DNA of 33,580 nucleotides from Acidimicrobiia bacterium (lineage in GTDB: Bacteria > Actinomycetota > Acidimicrobiia > Spongiisociales > UBA5794), in contig JBFISM010000024.1 in NCBI GenBank assembly GCA_041608535.1, positions 1 through 33,580 of the forward strand, in the 5' to 3' direction. The stretch's first letter is position 1; every line of letters begins with the position of its first letter. Both the position numbers and the translations under genes were made by a program. Of the stretch, positions 26,888 to 33,580 are shown in pieces. The notes beneath the pieces are model-generated. The model made no database searches. It was not told where the DNA came from and saw nothing but the letters and a program-made list of their open reading frames with translations.

Positions 26888-27943
26888 GTGACTCACCTCA
26901 AACCACGCATCGTGGAGCGGATCACGGCTGAGGGGCCGATGGCGTTCGAGGAGTTTCAGCGGCTGTGTCTGTACGACCCGGATGGAGGGTTCTTTGCCAC
27001 CGGGCCGTTGCGGTCCACGAAGAGCGGCGACTTCCTGACCAGTCCGGAGGTGTCCCCGTGGTTTGGGCGGATGCTGGGCAGGTACGTCGCTCAGGTCGAC
27101 GAGCGTTTGGGGCGTCCGGGTGACATCGTCGAGGTGGGCGCCGGCTCCGGCTCGCTTCTCGCAAGCCTCATGGACGAGCTGGGGGAGCGGCCACTGTGGG
27201 CGGTCGAGGTCGCTCCGGCAGCGCAAATCGCATTACGGGAGCTTGGCGATCATGTCCAAGTCGTGGAGAGCATGCACGATCTCCCCAACGCCATCGCGGG
27301 AACGATTCTCGCCAACGAGTTGCTCGACAACCTCCCGGTGGCTCTGGTGCGCTGCGAGGGCGGCAGCTTCTACGAGCAGTGGGTGGAATACGACGGGGAG
27401 TCCTTGGAACTGGTACCCACCCCGATGCGCCCCGCGGTCGCCGAATGGGTCGACATGTACGCGGGACCGGTCATCGACGGTGGGCTGGTCGAAGTGCAGC
27501 TGCAAGCCGCGACCTGGACGAGAGAGGTGCTGGCAAAGCTGGAGCATGGCGCTCTCGTCGTGATCGATTACGGCGGGACCACAGAAGAGCTGGAGCCGCG
27601 TCGTTCTGCGGGAACGTTGCGCACCTATCGGGCGCACCATCTGGGGCCGGATCCGCTTCTCGAGCCGGGTGCCACCGACATCACCGTCGATGTGAACTTC
27701 ACGGCCCTGGCCGACGTCGCCGCTGCGGCGGGCGCAGAGGTGGATGTGGTTCGCCAAGACGACTTCTTGGAAAGGCTCGGATTGCGCACCGTCATCGGCG
27801 AGCTGCGGGGTCGCGAGCTGGAATTGGCCCGCTCTGGAGACGACATGGCGCGGCTGGTGGTCCGCAGCGAGCTGAAGGATGCCGAGACGCTTCTACACCC
27901 CCGTGGTCTCGGCGACTTCCGGGTTCTCATCGCCACGAAGTAG
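26888..27943 (+). CDS. SAM-dependent methyltransferase, MidA/NDUFAF7 family (COG1565, DUF185)
   Basis: GTG at 26888. Diagnostic blocks of the family are the N-terminal FEEFQRLCLYDPDGGFFATG, the SAM-binding IVEVGAGSGSLLASLM, then GTILANELLDNLPVALV, VVIDYGGT and DITVDVNFTAL. Its start lies 51 nt downstream of nuoN2, and it is on the same strand. Confidence 0.8.
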   Translation: MTHLKPRIVERITAEGPMAFEEFQRLCLYDPDGGFFATGPLRSTKSGDFLTSPEVSPWFGRMLGRYVAQVDERLGRPGDIVEVGAGSGSLLASLMDELGERPLWAVEVAPAAQIALRELGDHVQVVESMHDLPNAIAGTILANELLDNLPVALVRCEGGSFYEQWVEYDGESLELVPTPMRPAVAEWVDMYAGPVIDGGLVEVQLQAATWTREVLAKLEHGALVVIDYGGTTEELEPRRSAGTLRTYRAHHLGPDPLLEPGATDITVDVNFTALADVAAAAGAEVDVVRQDDFLERLGLRTVIGELRGRELELARSGDDMARLVVRSELKDAETLLHPRGLGDFRVLIATK

Positions 27944-27977
27944 CCCGCCTCTGCCCCGAGAGCGCGAAAATCATCTC

Positions 27978-28012
27978 TTGACTATTGCGTGTGAAGTAGT
28001 AGTGTTTTATAC
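27978..28012 (+). promoter_or_regulatory. Putative promoter of padR, probably a leaderless transcript, in a local AT-rich island
   Basis: TTGACT (27978-83), a 16-nt spacer, then TAGTGT (28000-05, TANNNT) place the TSS at about 28012-13, at the A of the padR ATG. This is the only AT-rich stretch in the 3' half of the window. A weak inverted repeat ATGGT-N17-ACCAT spans the start. Confidence 0.3.
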
Positions 28013-28354
28013 ATGGTACTTGACGATGTCAGTCACCATACCCAGCTGCTCAAGGGGCTCATCGACATGTGTCTGCTGGCCGTGATCGACAGGAACCCGA
28101 GCTACGGGTACGAGATGGTGCGCAAGCTCGAGGAACAGAATCTCGAGATCGCAAGCGAAACCTCGATCTACCCGGTGCTGAAGCGGCTGGGGCGACGGGG
28201 ACTGATCGAGAGCTACCTCGTCGATTCAGACGCAGGACCGGCTCGCAAGTACTACCGCATAACGCCCAGCGGGCGAGAAACACTGGGCGAATGGGTGCGT
28301 GACTGGCGCACCGTGAGGAACGGAGTCGATGATGTATTGGGGGGTCAGCACTAA
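28013..28354 (+). CDS. PadR-family transcriptional regulator
   Basis: Winged-HTH PadR signature: LLKGLIDMCLLAVIDRNPSYGYEMVRKL...SETSIYPVLKRLGRRGLIESY...ARKYYRITPSGRE. Confidence 0.85.
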   Translation: MVLDDVSHHTQLLKGLIDMCLLAVIDRNPSYGYEMVRKLEEQNLEIASETSIYPVLKRLGRRGLIESYLVDSDAGPARKYYRITPSGRETLGEWVRDWRTVRNGVDDVLGGQH

Positions 28355-28387
28355 AACCCATGCTCGTGCGCGTTGTGGGGGTGCGCG

Positions 28388-29005
28388 ATGATCTGGGTGT
28401 ACGTGGCGGCAGCCATCTTCGGTGGCGGATTCATCATCCCGATGCTGTTGGGCGGTCTCGACTTCGACACCGATGCTGAAATCGAATTCGACACCGACGC
28501 CGATCTGGATCTGGGAGAGGGTGATTTCGACACCGACACGGACGGCTCGTTGAGCCAGGCAGCCGGCGGCATCGGCGACTTCGTCGCTTCGCTGCTCAGC
28601 TTCCGTACGCTCGTGTTCTTCCTGGCGTTCTTCGGGATCGTCGGGATCGTGCTCACCCTGTTGGGTTACTCCGAGCCGCTGCCATTGGCTACGGCGCTAC
28701 CGCTCGGCCTTTTCGCCGGCACGGTGAACGCCAGGCTGGTGGATTACGTGAAGCGCTCCGAAGTGTCGTCGCACATCACCAGCCGGGAGCTGGGTGGATC
28801 TCGAGCCAGGGTGGTGCTTCCCATCGCCGCCGGTCGCAAGGGACGGGTGGAAGTGAGTCTGGGTGGCCAGCCCACCTACATGGTGGCCCTGCCGTACAAA
28901 CAAGACGCACCCGAGATCGATCGGGGCGCAGAGGTCGTGGTCGTAGAGGTACGGGAAGGAACGGCGTACGTCGCTCCGCTTCCCGCATTCGAGGAAGGAA
29001 AGTAG
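28388..29005 (+). CDS. NfeD-like membrane protein (OB-fold; SPFH/flotillin partner) with an acidic DFDTD repeat insert
   Basis: ATG at 28388; the track's TTG at 28373 is less likely. It has an N-terminal TM, a second TM after the acidic segment, and a C-terminal NfeD OB-fold (RARVVLPIAAGRKGRVEVSLGGQPTYMVALPY...GAEVVVVEVREGTAYVAPL). The unusual acidic segment is GGLDFDTDAEIEFDTDADLDLGEGDFDTDTDG. It sits directly upstream of the flotillin gene, as in yuaF-floT. Confidence 0.75.
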   Translation: MIWVYVAAAIFGGGFIIPMLLGGLDFDTDAEIEFDTDADLDLGEGDFDTDTDGSLSQAAGGIGDFVASLLSFRTLVFFLAFFGIVGIVLTLLGYSEPLPLATALPLGLFAGTVNARLVDYVKRSEVSSHITSRELGGSRARVVLPIAAGRKGRVEVSLGGQPTYMVALPYKQDAPEIDRGAEVVVVEVREGTAYVAPLPAFEEGK

Positions 29006-30301
29006 ATGGAGTTTCTTGCACTCATTGCGATCTTCTTGGTCGTGATCGTTGCGGTGGCGTTCTCCGCCATCAAGAGCCTGATCGTGATCTGCCCGCCCAA
29101 CCAGGTGGCAGTGATCTCGGGTCGGAGCCGGCCGGTCGACGACGGGCGCACCGTGGGCTACCGGGTGATCAAGGGTGGCCGCACCATCCGAATCCCGGTG
29201 CTGGAGAAGGTCGACTACATGGATCTCAACACGATCCCCATCGACGTCTCCGTGAGCAATGCGTATTCGAAGGGCGCCATCCCGCTCGACGTCCAAGGTG
29301 TGGCCAACATCAAGGTATCGAGCCGTGAGGGCATTCTGGAGAACTCAGTGGAGCGGTTCTTGGGTCGCGATCCTGCGTACATCCAGCAGATCGCGAAGGA
29401 GAACCTCGAGGCCAACCTACGTGGCGTCCTATCGACGCTGACGCCGGAGGAGGTCAACGAGGATCGTCTCAAGTTCGCCCAAACGCTCATCGAGGAGGCC
29501 GACGACGACATTCGCACGCTGGGGCTGGAGCTCGACGTGCTGAAGATCCAGAACGTCACCGATCAGGTGGGCTATCTGGAGGCAGTGGGCCGCCGCCGCA
29601 CCGCCCAGGTGCTCAAGGAGGCTCGCGAGTCCGAGGCGATGCAAGAGGCCGAAGCTGCCGAAGCCGAGGCCGACGGCCGCAGGCGGGCCGAGCTGGCCCG
29701 AGTCGAATCGGACCTTGCCATCGCCGAGGAGCAGAACAAGCTCCGGGTGCGTCAGGCAGAGCTCGAAGCAGCCGCGCTGGCCGAAGAGGAGCGAGCTCTC
29801 GTATCCGGCGCCAAGGCGAAGGTAATCGCCGAGCAGGATCTCGAGCTGCAGCGGATCCAGCTCCAAGATCGGCGTCTCGAAGCCGACGTCATCGCCCCGG
29901 CGCGGGCCGAGAAGGAGGCGCTGGAGCTGAAGGCGAAGGGTGTCGCTGCCAAGATCGTCGAGGACGGCGCCGCCCAGGTGCGGGTCCTCGAACAGCTCGC
30001 CGGCCACTTCGAGGCGGCCGGGGAGGATGCCCGCGACATCTTCGTCCTGCACATGCTTCCCGAGCTGGTGCAGCACATCACCGACACGGTGAGTGGGATC
30101 GATGTGGAGAGGATCACTGTGATCGACAACGGTCAAGGTGGTTCCGGCAAGGGTCTGCCCAGCGTGGCGTCGCAGATGCCGGCGGCCGTGATCTCCATCA
30201 CCGAACAGATCGAGGCGGCGACCGGGGTCAACATCCTGTCGGCGCTCAACAAGGAGGTGAACCGGAAGGCCCGCCCGGAGCCGGTGGAGGTCACCGAGTG
30301 A
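29006..30301 (+). CDS. Flotillin-like SPFH/Band-7 domain protein
   Basis: ATG lies 8 nt after the GAGGAAGG RBS. It has an N-terminal TM, an SPFH domain (QVAVISGRSR...RVIKGGRTIRIPVLEKVDYMDLNTIPIDVSV), and a long EA-rich coiled coil (EAMQEAEAAEAEA...ELEAAALAEEERA). This is the typical FloT/YuaG architecture. Confidence 0.85.
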   Translation: MEFLALIAIFLVVIVAVAFSAIKSLIVICPPNQVAVISGRSRPVDDGRTVGYRVIKGGRTIRIPVLEKVDYMDLNTIPIDVSVSNAYSKGAIPLDVQGVANIKVSSREGILENSVERFLGRDPAYIQQIAKENLEANLRGVLSTLTPEEVNEDRLKFAQTLIEEADDDIRTLGLELDVLKIQNVTDQVGYLEAVGRRRTAQVLKEARESEAMQEAEAAEAEADGRRRAELARVESDLAIAEEQNKLRVRQAELEAAALAEEERALVSGAKAKVIAEQDLELQRIQLQDRRLEADVIAPARAEKEALELKAKGVAAKIVEDGAAQVRVLEQLAGHFEAAGEDARDIFVLHMLPELVQHITDTVSGIDVERITVIDNGQGGSGKGLPSVASQMPAAVISITEQIEAATGVNILSALNKEVNRKARPEPVEVTE

Positions 30302-30343
30302 CCATGCGGGAACCATGACCAGCCGGTGGGGCGTCTCAATCAT

Positions 30344-30916
30344 ATGAGCGCACCTCTGGTGAGACGCTGGGACGTGCTCCGTCGCACCGCGGCCGCACTG
30401 CTGGCGATGACGTTGTTCATCGCAGCGTGCGGCGCCGATTCCACGGGTGACGGGGCCGACCCGACCATCACCGACCCACCGGTCACCACACCGGCGCCGG
30501 ACACGACGGCGCCGTCCGATCCAGGAGAACCAGTGACCGACAGCACGCCACCGAGCAGCGAGCCGCCCGGGAGCGGAGACACGACACCGCCCACCGGCAA
30601 CGTCGCCTTCGCCATCGCCGATCTCGCCGAGCTGATTGGGGTCGATCCCGCTGACATCGTCGTCGTCTCCCAAGAGGACGTGACGTGGCGGGACGGTTCG
30701 CTGGGGTGCCCTCAATCCGGCATGATGTACACCCAGGCCCTGGTCGACGGGTACAAGATCATCCTCGAAGTGGACGGGGTGCAGTACCCGTATCACGGCA
30801 AGGGCACCCAAGAGCCGTTCTTGTGCACCAACGATCTGCCGATCGACACGCCGACACCGACCTTCCTCGAACCGAAGGAAGAAGATGCCGAGGAAACCGG
30901 TTCTCTCGACTATTGA
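30344..30916 (+). CDS. Predicted lipoprotein with a Pro/Thr-rich linker and a C-terminal domain of unknown function
   Basis: Signal peptide plus lipobox (RRTAAALLAMTLFIAAC|GADS). A PT-rich linker follows (TITDPPVTTPAPDTTAPSDPGEPVTDSTPPSSEPPGSGDTTPP). Then comes a globular domain of about 95 aa with 2 Cys and no motif I recognise. ATG 30344 is preferred over GTG 30326. Confidence 0.6.
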   Translation: MSAPLVRRWDVLRRTAAALLAMTLFIAACGADSTGDGADPTITDPPVTTPAPDTTAPSDPGEPVTDSTPPSSEPPGSGDTTPPTGNVAFAIADLAELIGVDPADIVVVSQEDVTWRDGSLGCPQSGMMYTQALVDGYKIILEVDGVQYPYHGKGTQEPFLCTNDLPIDTPTPTFLEPKEEDAEETGSLDY

Positions 30917-30976
30917 CGGGCGTTTTCACCGCAGCCGAGCGGGTAGATACCGCCCAGCGAGGAATATCATTTCATC

Positions 30977-31849
30977 ATGACCAACAACCTCAAGACCGTT
31001 GCACTGCTCGCCCTCCTGGGTGGTCTTTTCATCGCGGTCGGAGCCGCACTCGGCGGCCAGAACGGTGCCCTCGTCGCTCTCGGGTTCGCCGTCCTCTTCA
31101 ACTTCGCCATGTACTTCTTCTCCGACCGGCTGGCGCTCGCCGCCTCCCGGGCCAAGGAGCTGCAACCGGGGCAGCTCCCCGAGGTGGAGCAGATCGTGGC
31201 TTCGCTGGCCCAGCGAGAGAACATGCCGATGCCGCGGCTGTATGTCATCAACTCTCCCCAGCCGAACGCTTTCGCAACTGGACGCAGCCCGCGCCACGCA
31301 GCCGTTGCGGTCACGTCGGGCATTCTGGAGGTCCTGACTCGGCAGGAGCTCGAAGGCGTGCTCGCTCATGAGCTGTCCCACGTGCGCAACCGGGACATCC
31401 TCATCGGCACCGTCGCCGCCACCATCGCCGCAGCTCTGTCGTTCCTCACCAGGATGGCGTTCTGGGGCGGACTCGGGGGCGACCGGCGTGATAGCGGGCC
31501 GCTCGGCGCCATCGCCGGCATCATCGCCATCATCGTGGCCCCGCTGGCTGCCATGATCATCCAGATGGCCATCTCCCGCTCCCGTGAGTATCAGGCCGAT
31601 CGCAGCGGCGCCGAGATGACCGGGTCCCCGCTGGCGCTGGCCAGTGCTCTGCGCAAGCTGGAGATGGGGACCAGCCGAGTACCCATGCCGGTGAACCAAG
31701 CAGTTGCCCAGCTGTACATCGCCGATCCGCTGAAGGCGTTCGGGCGCCGCAGTGGTCGCGGTGGAGGGTTTGCCAAGCTGTTCTCGACCCACCCGCCGAT
31801 TCCCGAGCGCATCGAGCGACTCGAGAAGATGCAGCTGGGGATTCGCTAG
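30977..31849 (+). CDS. htpX: Zinc metalloprotease HtpX (M48 family)
   Basis: HELSHV zinc-binding motif, TM helices flanking it, a downstream EYQADR Glu ligand region, and a C-terminal FSTHPPIPERI. RBS GAGGAA sits 12 nt upstream. The track end was kept. Confidence 0.88.
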   Translation: MTNNLKTVALLALLGGLFIAVGAALGGQNGALVALGFAVLFNFAMYFFSDRLALAASRAKELQPGQLPEVEQIVASLAQRENMPMPRLYVINSPQPNAFATGRSPRHAAVAVTSGILEVLTRQELEGVLAHELSHVRNRDILIGTVAATIAAALSFLTRMAFWGGLGGDRRDSGPLGAIAGIIAIIVAPLAAMIIQMAISRSREYQADRSGAEMTGSPLALASALRKLEMGTSRVPMPVNQAVAQLYIADPLKAFGRRSGRGGGFAKLFSTHPPIPERIERLEKMQLGIR

Positions 31850-31910
31850 GACCGGGCTCGGCTCCTGGCGCACAGGGATGCAGCGAAGGAGCACGTAGGC
31901 TCGCAGCCTC

Positions 31911-32741
31911 ATGGCTGTTCTTCTCGCCTTGGCATCCTCGATCGCCATCGGCACCTCGGACATGCTGGGAACGCTGGCGGGCCGGAGGGGTGGCGTGCTG
32001 GCGGCTGTTCTTGCCAACTTCGCCCTCGGCGGGGTCTTGCTCGTCCCGGTGGCCGCAGCCTTCGGGGGCACTCCCTCACTGACGGATCTCGCCGTTGGCG
32101 CTGTGGCCGGGGTGCTCGGTGGCGTTGGTCTGCTGGCGCTCTACGGAGGGTACGCCACCACGACCGTCGGGATCGTGGCGCCCATCGCCGCAGTGCTCGG
32201 AGCCGTCGTGCCGGTATCAGTGGGGCTCATCGTGGAAGCGGTGCCCGGGCCGCTGGGTCTTGGTGGAATCGCACTCGGCGTGGCCGCCATCGGACTCCTT
32301 GCCGTGGCGCCGACCCACGAGACCGCCATCGAACCGACGCGTGCTGTCATGTACGGAGTTGTCGCCGGTCTCGCTCTGGGGGTGATGGTGACTCTGCTCG
32401 GGCTCACCCGCTCCGAAGCCGGGCTGTGGCCACTCATCCCGGCCCGCGTCTCGAGTGCGGTGATCCTCATTCCCATCGCTCGCTTCCGCGGCGTCGGATT
32501 GCACGCCACGGGCGGAGCCTGGCGGCTGCTGCCCTTCGTGGGCATCCTCTCGGCGGGGGGCATGGCACTGTTCGTGCTCGCTGCTCAGGAGAACCTCATC
32601 GTCGCCGGGCTGCTGCTCAACATGGCCTATGCGGTGACGGCCGTGCTCGCCATCCTGCTCTTCAAGGAGCGCTCCACCCTGTTGCAGCGCTACGGATTCG
32701 CTCTGGCGGCCCTGTCCATCACCCTCCTCGCCGTGGGTTAG
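31911..32741 (+). CDS. DMT-superfamily (EamA-like) transporter, roughly 8-10 TM helices
   Basis: 276 aa, rich in Gly/Ala/Leu/Val. It shows two-fold internal repeat organisation typical of EamA/DMT permeases and has no soluble domains. Confidence 0.6.
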   Translation: MAVLLALASSIAIGTSDMLGTLAGRRGGVLAAVLANFALGGVLLVPVAAAFGGTPSLTDLAVGAVAGVLGGVGLLALYGGYATTTVGIVAPIAAVLGAVVPVSVGLIVEAVPGPLGLGGIALGVAAIGLLAVAPTHETAIEPTRAVMYGVVAGLALGVMVTLLGLTRSEAGLWPLIPARVSSAVILIPIARFRGVGLHATGGAWRLLPFVGILSAGGMALFVLAAQENLIVAGLLLNMAYAVTAVLAILLFKERSTLLQRYGFALAALSITLLAVG

Positions 32742-32784
32742 CGCTACCGGAATTAGACGCTGCGATCGAATATGATCCACGACG

Positions 32785-33375
32785 ATGGACTCCGAGCGCA
32801 AGGCGAGGTCGCGGCACCACATCCTCGACGTCGCCGAGAACCTCATTGCCGACATGGGATTCGGCGCCGTGTCGCCGGCTGATGTGTCGGCCTCTGCCCA
32901 CATGGGCAGGACGACCTTCTACGAGTACTTCGCAGACATGGAGGACCTGCTGTGTGCGCTCGTCGAGCAGCGTCTGCCCGAGGTGACGCAGGCTCTGCTG
33001 GCCGATGTCCCCAGAGACGTCTCGTTCCGTGACCAGCTGAGCGAGCTTGCCGTGCGGCTCGTTGAGTTCTCGGTCACCGACCACGTACTCGGTCTCGAGC
33101 TGCATCAGGGCGCCCCGCTGCTCTCGGCTGCGGCGCAGCGACGGATCGCCGATGCGCATCGCGAGCTCTCCGGCGAGTTCGCACGTATCTACACCGCAGG
33201 AGTGCGAGCGGGTGAGTTCCGCAGCGTCCCCGGCGATCTCGCCGGACTCTTCATCCAGGACCTCATCATGGCGGCGGCGAAGTCGCTGATGCGGCTCGCC
33301 GAGCCCAAGGCCCGTCTCCACGAGGTGTCCGACGAGCTGACCAAGTTCCTCTTGAACGGGTTGAATCCGAGCTGA
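32785..33375 (+). CDS. TetR/AcrR-family transcriptional regulator
   Basis: N-terminal HTH (RSRHHILDVAENLIADMGFGAVSPADVSASAHMGRTTFYEYFADMEDLL) with an all-helical C-terminal ligand domain. Confidence 0.8.
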   Translation: MDSERKARSRHHILDVAENLIADMGFGAVSPADVSASAHMGRTTFYEYFADMEDLLCALVEQRLPEVTQALLADVPRDVSFRDQLSELAVRLVEFSVTDHVLGLELHQGAPLLSAAAQRRIADAHRELSGEFARIYTAGVRAGEFRSVPGDLAGLFIQDLIMAAAKSLMRLAEPKARLHEVSDELTKFLLNGLNPS

Positions 33376-33401
33376 CCCCTTCGACTATTCTCCAGCGCTC
33401 T

Positions 33402-33486
33402 GCCGGGATGCCCGAGCGGCCAAAGGGAGCAGACTGTAAATCTGCCGGCAATGCCTTCGGAGGTTCGAATCCTTCTCCCGGCACCA
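33402..33486 (+). tRNA. tRNA-Tyr (anticodon GTA), class II with a long variable arm, CCA encoded
   Basis: Acceptor stem GCCGGGA/TCCCGGC. D-loop GCCCGAGCGGCCAAAGGG. Anticodon loop CT-GTA-AA. Variable stem-loop CGGCAATGCCTTCGG. T-arm GGAGGTTCGAATCCTTC. Discriminator A, then CCA (33484-86). Confidence 0.85.
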
Positions 33487-33497
33487 GCTATCCGCTT

Positions 33498-33530
33498 ACG
33501 AGCCCTGTTCGGGCTCGTCGCTTTCTGATT
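33498..33530 (+). terminator. Hairpin ACGAGCCC-tgttc-GGGCTCGT followed by CGCTTTCTGATT, a probable terminator after tRNA-Tyr
   Basis: An 8-bp GC-rich stem with a 5-nt loop starts 12 nt after the CCA end and is followed by a T-rich tract. Confidence 0.45.
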
Positions 33531-33580
33531 CGGTGTGGTCTTGTGGTGCGCGGCGAGCCTGCTGCCTCGGGATCGTGGCG

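Noticed and set aside
24035-27226. 1063-aa minus-strand ORF antisense to nuoM2/nuoN2 and the methyltransferase gene
   Set aside because: Its composition is dominated by R/E/H/D/G runs typical of the antisense frame of high-GC membrane genes. It has no recognisable motifs. It fully overlaps well-supported plus-strand genes.
28007-28041. Possible PadR operator ATGGT-N17-ACCAT spanning the padR start
   Set aside because: It has only 5-bp arms and an atypical spacing for PadR boxes. I mention it only as a weak possibility under the promoter feature.
29429-32071. Minus-strand ORFs antisense to the flotillin, lipoprotein and htpX genes (29429..30811, 30926..32071)
   Set aside because: Low-complexity antisense frames. 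The plus-strand genes have clear family signatures and RBSs.
33266-33484. 72-aa minus-strand ORF overlapping tetR and the tRNA-Tyr gene
   Set aside because: It overlaps a canonical tRNA and the end of a well-supported regulator gene and has no start context.
1-33580. Search for CRISPR arrays, IS/transposase genes, tandem repeats, toxin-antitoxin pairs or defence-island signatures
   Set aside because: I could see no direct-repeat/spacer periodicity, no transposase or integrase-like ORF and no terminal inverted repeats. Away from the two AT-rich promoter patches, coding density and GC content are uniform throughout.

Overview
This is a high-GC (about 70%) bacterial chromosomal segment of actinobacterial type, with tightly packed, often 4-nt-overlapping genes and frequent GTG/TTG starts.

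- **1..11744 (+):** the distal part of a classical 14-subunit complex I operon, from a 3' fragment of nuoE through nuoF, G, H, I, J, K, L, M and N.
- **11728..16419:** a roughly 4.7 kb accessory cassette. It holds a bactofilin-repeat polytopic membrane protein (+), a convergent minus-strand trio of Tad pseudopilin-like genes (TadE-like, TadE-like, TadG-like), and an alkaline-phosphatase-superfamily phosphodiesterase (-).
- **16513..26836 (+):** a second, complete 11-gene complex I-like operon, nuoA2-B2-C2-D2-H2-I2-J2-K2-L2-M2-N2. It has no NuoE/F/G (NADH-oxidising N-module) genes.
- **26888..27943 (+):** a MidA/NDUFAF7-family (COG1565/DUF185) SAM-dependent methyltransferase immediately downstream of nuoN2. 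This family is the mitochondrial complex I assembly arginine-methyltransferase.
- **28013..33486 (+):** a PadR–NfeD–flotillin module, a lipoprotein, protease HtpX, a DMT/EamA transporter, a TetR regulator and a tRNA-Tyr gene.

I saw no CRISPR array, IS element or rRNA. The long minus-strand ORFs antisense to the nuo genes are GC-frame artefacts.

Coordinates come from the ORF track plus my own start-codon choices. Starts carry ±1 codon-choice uncertainty. The ORF track and the printed sequence appeared to disagree by 1 nt at two line boundaries (near 15180 and 31800); for those genes I kept the track coordinates.
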